A stretch of DNA of 64,000 nucleotides, taken from the NCBI RefSeq assembly GCF_009914755.1, contig NC_060926.1, one strand, 5' to 3'. This document shows positions 1 to 16,967 of this stretch, one piece after another; position 1 is the first letter of the stretch, and each line of letters begins with the position of its first letter. The notes below the pieces were generated by a model that worked only from the letters and a program-made list of their open reading frames with translations, was not told where the DNA came from and made no database searches. Origin of the DNA: the human T2T-CHM13v2.0 reference genome, Homo sapiens. A program made the position numbers and the translations under genes.

Positions 1-26
1 GAGACTGTATTAAGAAATTATCTTAC

Positions 27-89
27 CATTGGGCAGAAATGCTGGTTTTCTGTACACCCCTTATTACATCTTGGGTATATTATTGTTTT
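27..89 (-). other. candidate 63-nt exon of an unidentified minus-strand transcript
   Basis: Minus strand reads ctatttctattatttcag|AAAACAATA...CTGCCCAATG|gtaaga: canonical acceptor and donor. Only phase 0 is open (KTIIYPRCNKGCTENQHFCPM). No homology recognised. Confidence 0.3.
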
Positions 90-3000
90 CTGAAATAATA
101 GAAATAGTTGCAAAGCCTTGGGCTTTGAAAACCATCACCATTCAAGAATGTAGTTGCATTTTGTCAGCCACTGAGCTCACAGGGGCTAATTTTTAGAGTT
201 AAGCATGATCACATTTACATTCTACTTATATATTTCTTCTGTAGGTCATCTATAGTTTAATGCAAAGCCTGGCTTCCACTGTGTTGCATTTCCTTCATTC
301 TTTAGGAGCCTACTTGTATCTTACACCCTTGAATGGAAGTTTATTAGGCATACTGTACTCATTCCTTCACTTACTTCAGGTCAGCATTTCCTAAACATAA
401 TAATCCACAAGACGGTTTTTCCATGATATGTCTACCTTCCATATCTTCTTAAATTCCAAAGAATTCAATGTGAGAAATGCTGTTCTGGGAAAGTAACTTT
501 CATGTCTGAAGTGATCTATTGGGGAATTCTTCCTTTTCAGTTGGTTTTATGTTCTACATTGTTTGATTTAAGATAATTAATAAGCATAGAAAATAAGTTC
601 TATTCTTAAATCAATGGAGCTTACTTTTTTTTTCAACATAGACTTAGGGTAAAGAGCATAAATAGTGCTCTGGCTGTGGAAAACACCTCAAAATCCCAAG
701 CAGTAGTATCCAAGAAGTTACCAAGGAATCAGTTGGTCCGAGTAGGCACTTCCTATTCTGCTTTCTTCTATTACCTGCAGTGACATACATTCCACTTGCA
801 GAAAGAAATGCACTCCACAAATTAGTCATAGTTTCCAATTTTTTTTTCAACTGGACTTTTGACAAAATCTATAATTTAAATTTTCATGATGATTAATCAT
901 TTGAACCCCCGGAACATAAATGAGAAAAAAAAAAGTGTAATGAGTAATCATCTAACGAAAAAAAAAAAAACCTACACCAAACTTAATTAAACTCAGTGGA
1001 GAAAGTAGCCAGAATGACAAAGCAAACATATATTATTTTTATTTCATTTTTTTGGAAACCCAATATTTTATATTTTAGTTACCCTATTAAAAAATTCTAT
1101 GTTCCAGCTCTACCGTTCTATATTTTGACCCAAACTTTTCCAACATAGACCTGAAAATTAGTTGATCTTACAATCTGTGACAGTTGCAATGAAGAATTTA
1201 AGTAAGCTCTATATTAGTTAAGTAATATTTAACATTGAGTGTTAGAATATTAATTAAGCAATAATTTGAGGACATATTATATGGGCATATGTTATCATCT
1301 TGCAGGGTGAAGACGTTATAAATATATAGTTCTCTCTCCCCTTGCCACTTCTTTAAAATTTATACAAACTCTCTCAAAATAGCTCATAAAAGGAAAACCT
1401 CACTCAGCATAAAGTTACTATACTGTTAAAACTATGTAAAAGTATTGGGAAGCTATAGGGGAAAGTTTGAATCAACAAATATTTTCGACATTCCTACTGG
1501 TAACTCCAAGGCCTTTTTTTTTTCTCTGTTCTTCTTCCCCCTCCTTGTCTGTTACAAGTTATGACGTGTGGATGAAGGCTTTTTCCCATGCAGTAATGAC
1601 TGTATACTGAGATTTCAAGGGGCTGTTCATGACAATCCCATTTTCTGTGTAATTTCATGGTTGTCTTCTTGAATGAAGATATTGGCTGCTCTGAAGCAGG
1701 GGTCAGCCGCTCCTGCTCCCTTTCAGTATTGTTCCGGAGTATGTTTCCTTTCAGCTGATGAAAAGTAATTCATCATTTACACCCCTGAATTCTGCCAGCA
1801 TTTTTTGAACAACTTTTCTTTCCCTGTGGTACCTTAGGCCCATGAAAGAGATAAATAGGTTCAATACAACACCAGGCCCCAGATCCTGGGAGCAGGTTAG
1901 GCCTCTGAGGCCCCAAGCTGCCCCTTTCTCATGATAGAGTTTGTCACCTTTCTACCTCCAGAAGTCAAATCCTGTCGACTCAGCCATCTTTCAGGCTCTC
2001 TGAAGTGGCTTTGGCACCCACTGGGGCATGTGAGTTTAAAATTGATTTTTTTTTTAAGATCTGTCAAGTTCCCTTAAGGGACGGAGTTGACAGCCAGCAG
2101 GCCTCAACTATCACAAAGCATTCAATGTGTAAAAGACACCTAAGGAACTTCCTTTGAGGGGCCAAAAGGCTTCAGACTTTGTGACACATTAGAGGGTGCT
2201 GTTGCTAAGAAACTGGCTTTTGGCAATAGGATTTTTTTCTGCAACTCTGCCACTTTGGGAAGTACTTTAAGCTACCTCTCTTCTTATGGCAAAAGACAAC
2301 ATTGCCTATTATGAAAACAAGATGCCCCCCAAAAAGATGTTGAATGGACTCATTACATGGTTCTTCACACTCCAAACGCCTATTACTTAGGCATTTTAGA
2401 AATCAGTTAACTCTAGTATTTGTACCCGCTTTCAGAAGAATAAAACATTAGGCAATCTGACTTAATCAAAATAAAGTCTGATATTTGTTTCTAAAAGCAA
2501 GGATATTAAGTGTTTAGGAGTTGGGATGTTGTAGAAAATCATGCAGAGATAGATTGTTCTTTCTCAACTTAGAGTAAACAGTGACTGGCTTAACACCCTA
2601 GCAGTAAGTAGTATTGCCCAGGCTACAGCTTACATTTGGTTTGTTGCAAAATAATGCTGGTGCAGGTATGGCCATTTGTTCCTGCCCAGGGTCTACTGGA
2701 TCAAGCAACTGTTTAATTCAGCCTTTTATTTAGCCATCACCTTTAATTTTATATGTTCTCTTGGAAGTCAAAATGATAGGAGCAGGGTCCTCCTATATTG
2801 TTTTAAAGGATAATGAAATATTCTATTCTTTGTGTTATTGATTTTAAACAGCTTCAATATAGCAAATAATTCTTTTTGCTGTTGTTGTAAATGAAGGAAA
2901 CAACTTAGCTTCTTTTAGCGACCACAGCATAACCACGTTCTCCTGCAAAACTATTTGTGCAGAGCAAGCACAACATCCTTCGGAAGATTAGCAATTCCTC

Positions 3001-3360
3001 AAAAGAAGTCAGAAGACAGATTTTCACATTCAATTCCAACCTGTGTGGTTTGAAGGCCGTGAAACTTTCAACAACAATATAAATACTGCATGTGTCTCTC
3101 TCTCCCGAGGCTGGATTTTACCGACTGGTATGTGAAAGGCCAATTGTATAAGCAGGTGTAGGTCTGAGTTGAAAGGATTTGATGGCATTAATCTCCCTTT
3201 AAGAGGTCTTGTTTTCATGGGCTGTTGTCAAACACAACTGAGTCATTCTGTGACTATAACTGCAGTTATCTGTCCCTTGTTATAGAGAGTTGCCCTAACT
3301 TTTGAGATAATTTCTGCATGACTTTTCCAAAGAATGTTTCGGTGTTCTCTATAGAGAGAG

Positions 3361-3590
3361 GTAGTATGGCAACGAGAGACAAATATAGGCTCTGCAGGCA
3401 GACATACCTGGGGTTTAAATGTTGGTTTGCAGGATCTGTGTTGCTTCAGTAAATTCATGAAAATTCTCTGAGACGGAGCTTTCCGTATACAAAATGAGGA
3501 CAATAATAGCTGAGGTTTAAGTGAGGTTATGCATGAAAAATACCCAGCATGGTCATTGGCATAGAAGTTCAATAAATGATAAATATTATT
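3361..3590 (+). mobile_element. MIR SINE (degenerate)
   Basis: MIR-like core: ggctctgcaggcagacatacctggggtttaaat ... tctctgag ... aaaatgaggacaataatag ... ggcatagaagttcaataaatg. Confidence 0.7.
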
Positions 3591-3871
3591 CCTCCAATCG
3601 ACCAAATATATGGCATGATTTCATGGTCCTTGCCACTGAAGCTCAGACATCATGAATATTAGCTATGGATATTAAGCAGTTATCCTCCTAATTCCAAAAT
3701 ACTAAACACGTTAATTTCCAGACTAGAGAGATGATTACCTAGGGCTAAGTCAAGAATTAACCCTGATAGTTGTGAAGTCATAACCTGGTCAAAATATAAA
3801 AGGAAATGCTGAGACATTGTCTGCACGATTTATTACTAATACACCTAAGGTTACTAATAAAAACAAAAAGT

Positions 3872-4256
<385 letters not shown>

Positions 4257-4829
4257 TTATTGACTGGCTGGGCCCTTCATCCTGTAAAATGAATGTGTTG
4301 CTTTCATGGGATGAGTGAATGTGGTCCTTCTGCTTGTTGGTTCATTGATATTTGGTCAGCTCTCCTAGTTTCCTGGTATATTTAGTGTAGGTGGATCATA
4401 ATTATTTTGCGAAAATTTTCCCAGGTGATTCTAAAGTCTAGCCTGTACTGAACATCACTACCTTAAGTAAATAAAATTTAATAACTTGGTTATAATTTTT
4501 TCATGAGCTACATGTCAGTAGCCATAACCAATTTTCTGGGAGAAATAGTACACAAGCAGGTAGTTGCTGAGTTGCCAGAGACAAAATAAAGCAGCTGAAG
4601 TTAAAGAGAAACAGAAAGAGAGTCTTCAATGTGTGAAATAATAAATTATATTGTTATCTCACTGTATCCTCTTAAGAATTAGTAACACACAGCAATCTCA
4701 CTCAACAAATTGATGGTATAACGGTACACCACGTGTTTAAAGTTTCTTTTAACTCCTCTTCCATGTAAACACATCGAAGAGATAGAAATGGGACTCACTT
4801 TGGCCTCCATCACTTTCCACTGCAGCTTT

Positions 4830-5115
4830 AAGTTATCTAGTTCCTTTTTCTAGGAAGTGTCCCCCGACCTTAACAGTAAATTAGATGTGCCCCTCCTGTG
4901 TTTGTCTCGTGCCCTCCAATTTCCATGTTACAGCGTGGGAGTGATTGAATGAAGGCGCTGAGCACAATGGATGTACTGCCTCATTAGATTGTAGGCATTA
5001 GGATTAAGTACCCACGTGCAGAGGAATCATCCCTGTTTCTCCCATGCTTATTTCAGCGTTTGTCAATTGCAGTAACTTATGGATACACTGATAAGTGTAT
5101 GAATAAATAAATGAG
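4830..5115 (+). mobile_element. L2 LINE 3' fragment
   Basis: taggaagtgtccccc ... ttagatgtgcccctcctgtg ... attagattgtagg ... ending in gaataaataaatga, typical of the L2 3' end; heavily diverged. Confidence 0.5.
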
Positions 5116-8100
5116 CTTGCCACAGAGAATTTCCCACAAACAACAGCCTCCCAAAAGGCTTAATATGTCAAGTCTTTGCTCAAGAATATAACAATTGCTC
5201 TAATACCAAATATTGCCATATTCTTTTAAGAAAGGATGACAAAAAGATCCATGATTCACTAGAATAAAAAAGATGGACTTTCTATCTTGAAGTGAGAAAA
5301 CTGTGGAATTCATTCAAGAAAGTAGAAATGAGGTGGAACAGGCTCATCCTCTTTCCATGTTGGGATATAAGTTCACCAGGAGGGTGGGAAGAAATAAGCA
5401 TCTTGCCTATCTTGGACATTTTTACAGCTATCTCTGATAAAGAAAAACTGCAAAAGTTTCAGTGCTACACTTCAATGCATCTATGTGTTACAGGGTCATC
5501 ATATTATAGTCATTATGGTCTATAGACCATAGGCTCACTTCCCTCCCTGGTCTATTATAACTGACCGTAATGTACCATAGAGGTTCACGATATTCTCTTC
5601 TTGACTGAGCTTGGAGAGTATCTATTTCACAGTGTATTCCTCTTAAAGGGTGAGTCTAAAAATGGCAATAGACAAGGCACTTATCTGTACATAAGTATCA
5701 GAGACAGAATGGGAGGAAATGATGCACTTCATGGAGTTGCATTACTTCTTCAGTACAATTTGTTGCACTAAAAACAAGAAAGAAAGAAAGAAACGTAATT
5801 TGGTAAATGGATTCTAGTGGTCTGAAAGAGTTAATGTGCCTCTTTCCACTAGAAACAGTGAGCCATTTATATATAGGCAATCCCTTCTCTTCTCCTGAGT
5901 CACATCACTGCTTCAAGAGACATTTTAAAATGGATCTTCACAGACTCCAGGGATGGAGCAAGAGGATTGTTTTCACTGTCAGTAGTAACTACAAAATGAG
6001 TTTGTACTTTCTTTTCTTGTTTATCCATTTTTTCCCCCTGTGGTGTCACCCAGAAATGAAGGTTTGAAAGATATCCTTTCTTACATTTGGATTGAGTGTC
6101 ATGGGGAGGTTACCTATTGGTGTTCTTATTTCACCCATGCTATAACTTGAGGGATTAGCAAATACTCTCTATTATAAGAAGTGCCAACTTGTCCTTCAAA
6201 ATTTTGATAGATTTCTATTAGTCAGCTTCTTTCTTTTTACTACCTATTATCAATTCAATTATATTTATGTAATATCTGTTTCAGGATATTTCAAGCATAA
6301 TTTTGCTTAGGCTCATTTTTAAAGTATATCAGCTTTTTCCTTAATCATAATTTAAATGGCTACTAAATGCATCACCACTTTTTTAAATTATAAGTTTTCC
6401 CACAAATTCATTATGATTATAAGAAAAATTTTCTTTGTGGTTTTTGCATTCTTTCAAAAATATCCTTTCCCAGAACAACCTCCCTTGAAATCTTCTATTT
6501 TCATAATAAATACTTATCTAGGTGTTTCAATAGTAAATATTAAAAAAATTAACTTTTATTCACTTATTTTTCAAATTCTAGAGCACGATTTTGCAAATCA
6601 TCATCTTTAACTGTGCATACATGTGGATTACTTTTTTTGCCTTAACAAGTTTCAACCCTGCTAAGGGTATTTTATTAAGAAACAAAACAAAATAAAACAA
6701 AACATTTCCTGTCTATTTTCTCTTCCTGCCCTGGAGGTGTATTTCAACATTCACAAAATACCTGACTACCCTTATTTTCCTTAATGTCTGTCCAAATAGC
6801 ATCTGCTGTGTCAGCTAAACACCCACAGCATTTCTTTTTACTGGCTATCATACGTGTGCAATATTGAGCCCTCCCTCCTCCTTCTTATTTGGTTTCCACT
6901 TTCAGTAAACCTTATCCTAGCATTTTAATTCCTCAGTCATTTCTCTGACTCAACCATAGCATTTCCATTTCAATAATATCATGCTTATCCTTGATACTCA
7001 TACTCATACTTATCATCGATAAGGCTTTGATGTAATAAATCCTTGATATAATATCGTACTTATCCATGCTATGAGATATAATCAAAAATGAAAGCAGAAA
7101 CTTAAGATACAGAGTAAAATATATTACTTGCCAATTTTCCACAGTAACTTTTCATCATTACTCCAAAATTACTTTTTAATGCAAAGAGTAGTTTCAATCA
7201 CATTGAGGCCCACATGATTCAGATACTATCATAATCACAATTAGATTACATTACTGCAATCAGGAATGGAGATCATTAAGAGAAAGAATATAAATTGCTT
7301 TAGTTTTACAAGTACTGAGCTAGCAAAATTATAATTAATCTCCATTTATAATCTTTTCTTTCATAGAACTGCAAAGCATGCTACTTTTTTTAGGCCATCA
7401 ATACAAATTAGAACTAAGTAATAAAGCCCTAACTACTACTACTGTGCTGTTCACAATTGAAGAAACTTTCACATTATGTATAGAAGGCTTTTGATACAAA
7501 CAGTGCCCATAGAGTAGATTGTTTCAATGCAAGAAGTGCAAGTATCACAAGGTGCTATACAGCAAACAATGCTGCAGAAACTATCCTTCTTCTCAGCGTA
7601 ATCAGCTTTTGCATTCCATTTCTTAAATGGGATGGTGCTACTCATGGAGATGAAGAAGCAATTACTTACAAATCACAGTGAGTGCCTCACTCTGTATGTC
7701 CCAAGTTTTAAATATAGTCTTTTAAAAGCGCATGAAATAAAACCATTTTAAAAATTCAGGATATTGAGACCTTCAAAATGCAATCTGTTATAATTACTGT
7801 AATTGCTTCATATTTTTAAAGTGAATTAAGTTCTGTTATACCATGATACACCAAGTCCTTATATAGTACTATATATACCTTTTATTTATTAGTCCTTAAA
7901 AGCTATCATACATTAAAACAGAATATATTATTAAACTCAGATTTTAGTGAATACATATAGAAAATAGCTAATATTATACAATTTCAGATTTTTTTTTCCC
8001 ACATTGCTGAAGTCAAAACAGTGCTAAAAATTTAACAATTTCTTCGAACTCATTTGGTGGCAAGTTGACCTCACATGAATTCATTTAGGAGGAAGCTAAC

Positions 8101-9005
8101 TTGACATGAACTAATTTAGCAGAAAAACTTGGCCTGAACTTGCAGAAAGTTGCTTATATTCCTTATCAGTGATTTTGTTTGACAAATAAAAATAGTATAT
8201 ATTTAAGGTTTACAACCCAATGATTTTATGTACATATACAATGTGAAAGGATTATCACCATCAAGTTAATTAATATCTCTATCGCCTCACATAGTTAACC
8301 TTTTTGTGTGTGTGATGATGACATTTAAGATTTGTTACACATATTGTTAACTATAGTCACCATGCTGTACACTGGATCTCCAGAATGTATCCGTCTTGTA
8401 ACTCAATGCTTGTACCCCTCGGTCAGCATATCCCCATTTGTCCCCTCTTCTAGTCACTGACAGCCATCATTCCACTCTGTTTCTATTGGCCCAACTTTTT
8501 AAGATTCCACATATAAGTGAGATCATGCAGTATTTGTCTTTCTATGTCCAGCTTATTTCACTTAGCATAATGTCCTACAAGTTCATCCACATTGTCAAAA
8601 ATGGCAGAACTTAGTTCATTTTTAAGGCTGAATAATATTCTTCTGTGTGTGTCTATGTATCAGATTTTCTTCATTCATTCATCTGTCAATATACACTTTT
8701 GTTTCATAGCTTGATTATTGTGAATAATGCTGCAATGAACGTGGAAGTATGGGAGCACAGATAGCTCTTCAAAACAGTGAATTTACACACACATACGTAA
8801 GTGAATTTATACACATTCACACGCATATGTACGCATATGCATGTGTGTGTCTATATATATATATATATATTCCAGTTGTTCTTGCACAACATTGTTTTAA
8901 CTATTCAGGGTCAGTTTAGATTTGTACAAATTTTAGGATTTTTTTTTCTACTTCTGAGAAAAATGTCATTAGAATTATGATAAGTATGGCATCAAATATG
9001 TAAAT

Positions 9006-9008
<3 letters not shown>

Positions 9009-9068
<60 letters not shown>
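9009..9068. repeat. (AT)30 microsatellite; a second (TA) tract at 8852-8870
   Basis: Directly visible pure dinucleotide tracts. Confidence 0.98.
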
Positions 9069-9071
<3 letters not shown>

Positions 9072-9559
9072 CTGAAGTCCTGAAGTGGTGAAGTGGGATT
9101 GCTAGATCATATGATAAAGTTTTAGCTTTTTGAGGAACCTCAATGGTGGCGGAAATGTAAATTGATAGAATCATTTTGTTATTGATTCTATCAATTTACA
9201 TTCCCACCAACATTGTCGAAGCGTTCTTTAGTATTCACATTTTTACCATCACTTGCTTTCTTTTGACTTTTTGATAATTGCTATCCTAATGGGTATGATG
9301 AGGTGATATCTTTTTGTGGTTTCAATTTGAATTTCAATGGTTATTGGTGATATTATGCACTTTTTCATATACCTGTTGGCCATTTGTATCTCTTCTTTGG
9401 GAAAAAAAAAAAAGAAGTCTATTCAGATTCTTTGCCCATTCTTTAATCAGGCTACATGCTTTTATGCTGTTGACTTGGATGAATTCCTTATATATTTTGG
9501 GTATTAACCTGTTCTTGGATACATGATTTGCAAATATTTTGTCCTATCTATAAGTTGCC

Positions 9560-9860
9560 TTTTTTTTTTTTTTTTTTTGAGATAGAGTCTCACTCTGTCA
9601 CCCAGGCTGGAGTGCAGTGGCACGATCTCGGCTTACTGCAACCTCCGCCTCCCGGGTTCAAGCAATTCTCTGCCTCAGCCTCCCGAGTAGCTGGGATTAC
9701 AGGTACCTCCCACCATGCCCTGCTAATTTTTGTATTTGTAGTAGAGATGGGGTTTCACCATCTTGACCAGGCTAGTCTTGAACTCGTGACCTCATGATCC
9801 ACCCACCTCAGCCTCCCAAAGTGCTGGGGTTACAGGCGTGAGCCACCATGCTCGCCAGCC
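9560..9860 (-). mobile_element. AluSg-like SINE
   Basis: Antisense Alu with poly-T; TSD ataagttgcctttt at 9550 and 9861. Confidence 0.95.
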
Positions 9861-12543
9861 ATAAGTTGCCTTTTAATTGTGTTGATTGTTTCTTTTGGTG
9901 AAAAGAAACTATTTAATTTGATGTGGCATAATTTGTAATATTTTTGCTTTTTGCTTTTTTGTCTGTGCTTTTGAGGTCATATCCAAAAAAATCATTGCCC
10001 AAACAATGTCAAGGAACATTTTCCTATTTTTCATCTAGTAGTTTTACAGTCTCACATCTTAAATCTATTTCTTTAATCCCTTTTGAGTTGATTTTAGTGT
10101 ATAATATAAGGTATGAGTCCAGTTTCTTTCTTTTGCATATTGATATTCAACGTATTCCCAGTGTTATTTATTGAAGACATTATCCTTTACTCATTGTGTA
10201 TTCTTGGAAGCTTTGTGGAAGACTAGTTGACTATATATATGTATATGTGTGTGTGTGTATACATTATATATATATGTAATGTATACACACATATCACTTT
10301 ATTTGTGAGCTTTCTATTCTATTTTATTACTATATGTGTTTGTTTTTATGGTATTGCCATAATGTTTTGATTGCTACAGAGTTATAATTTAATTTGAAAT
10401 CAGGAAGTCTAGTGCTTCCAGTTGCACAACAGTGTTTTAGCTATTCAGGGTCATTTTAGATTTGCACAAATATTAGGGTTTTTTTTCTACTTCTGAGAAA
10501 CGTGTCATTGGAATTATGATAAGTATGGCGTCAAATATGTAAATCACTTTAGTATAGAAATTTTAATAAAATTAATTCTTCCTATTTAGGAACATGGAAT
10601 ATCTTTTTATTGATTTGTGTCTTTAATTTCTTTTATCCATGCTTTATAGCTTTCAGTGTATAGATCTTTCACCTCCTTGGTTAAATTTATTCCTAAGTAT
10701 TTTGCTATTTTGATGCAATTGTAAATGGAATTATTTTCTTAAATTCTTTTTCAGACAGTTTGCTGTTGATGGATAGAGGTGCAACAGAATTACAAATGTT
10801 TATTTTGTACCTTGAAAGTTTATCAAATCTGTTCATTAGTTGTAACAGTTATTTGCTGGAGTCTTGAGGATTTTTCTCTACATAAAATCATGTTATCTGC
10901 AAACAAAGCCATTTTACATCATCCTTTTCTATTTAGATGATTTTACTTCTTTTTCTTGCCTAATTGCTCTGGCTAGGATTTCTAGTACTATGTTGAATAG
11001 AAGTGGTGAGAGTGGAGATTCTTGTCTTATTACTGTTGTAAGAGGAAAAACTTTCAGTTTTTTACCGTTGAGTATGATCTTGGCTGTGAGACTGTCATAT
11101 ATGTCCTTTACTATGTTGAAGTATATTCTTTTATACCTATTTTGGTATAAAGGAATCCATCAGTGATGTTGGCCTGTAATTTACTTTGCTTCTCTGTTTG
11201 CAGTATCAGGGTAATGCTAGCCTTGAAGAATAAGTTTAAAAGTATTCAATCCTCTTCAGTTTTGAGGGAGAGTTTGAGAAAGCTTGATGTTAATTATTCT
11301 TTAAATGTTTGGTATAATACACCAGTGAAGCAATCTGGTCCTGGGCTTTTCTTTGTTGGGAGATTTTAAAATACTGATTTAATCTCCATACTCATTACTG
11401 GCCTGTTTATATTTTCCAATTCATCATAATTCAGCATCAGAAGGTTGCTAGGAATTTATTCATTTCTTTTAGGTATACAATTTGTTCACATGTAATTGTC
11501 CTAGTAGTTTTTTTTATCATCCTTTGTAGCCCTGTGTTATAATTTATGAACTCTCCTATTTCATATCTGATTCTATTTATTTAAATCATTTCTTTTTTTC
11601 CACCTGGTTAACTGAAAGTTTGCCAGTTTCGTTTATCTTTTCAAAAAACCAACTCTGAATTTTCGTAATATTTTCTGTTGTTTTGCCTCCATTTTATTCC
11701 AGTCTTTATTATTTTTTTCCTTCTGCTAAATTTAGGCTTACTCCGTTCTTTTTTTTTTTTTCTAGTTCCTTATGATGTAAAGTGAGATCACTTATTGGAG
11801 AGCTTCCTTTCTTCTTTATGTAAGCAATCATTACTATAAACATCTCTCTTCGAACTGCTTTTCCTGCATCCCATAAGTTTTAGTATGCTTTGTTTCCATT
11901 TTTACTTGTTTCAAGCTATTTTTTATTTAACTTTTGATTTTTTTCTTGCCTGTTTTTGATATCTAGTTTCATTTCATTGTTGTCAGAAGAGATACTTGAT
12001 ATGACTTCAGTCTTCTTGAATGTTTAAAGACTTGTCTTCTGACCTAATATATGATTTATCCTGAAGAATGTTCTGAGTACACTTGAAAAAAAATGTGTAT
12101 TATGCTCACGTTGGATGAAATATTCTGTACATTTCTGTTAAGTTCCCTTAGTCTAAAATGTAGTTCAAGCCCAATGTTTTCTATTTGATTTTCTTTCTGG
12201 ATGATGTATCCATTGTTGAAAGCCAGGTATTGAAGACCTCTATCATTACTGTATTGTTATCTGTATCTCCTTTCTGTGTTGAATATATGCTTTACGCATT
12301 AGATGCGCTGGTGTTAGCTATATATATTATTACAGTTGTTATACCCTCTTGAGAAATTGATACCTTTATCATTATACATAACCTTCTTTGTTTGTTGGGA
12401 CACTTAATGTCTATTTTGTATTTTGTCTGATATAAGTATGCCTACCCTACGCTCTTTGGTTTCCCGTTTGCACATAGTATCTTATTCAATCTCTTCACTT
12501 TAAGCCTACATACATCCTTAAAGAAAAAATAAGTCCCTTGTAG

Positions 12544-12868
<325 letters not shown>

Positions 12869-13088
12869 TTTTTTTATTATTATTATTATACTTTAAGTTC
12901 TAGGGTACATGTGCACAATGTGCAGGTTTGTTACATAAGTATATATGTGCCATGTTGCTTTGCTGCATCCATTAACTCGTCATTTACATTAGGTATTTCT
13001 CCTAATGCTATCCCTACCCCCTACCCCCACCCCATGACAGTCCCCACTGTGTGATGTTCCCCACCCTGTGTCCAAGTGTTCTTGTTGT

Positions 13089-16904
<3,816 letters not shown>

Positions 16905-16967
16905 TGTGATGTTAGCTGGTTATTTTGCTCATTAGTTGATGCAGTTTCTTCCTAGCATCGATGGTCT

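Noticed and set aside
642-741. Possible plus-strand exon (tttcaacatag|ACTTAGG...CCGA|gtaggc)
   Set aside because: Weak donor and no recognisable peptide; not supportable from sequence alone.
2929-3127. Possible plus-strand exon (tcttttag|...ACTG|gtatgt)
   Set aside because: Stops in all three frames; splice-like motifs at this strength are common by chance.
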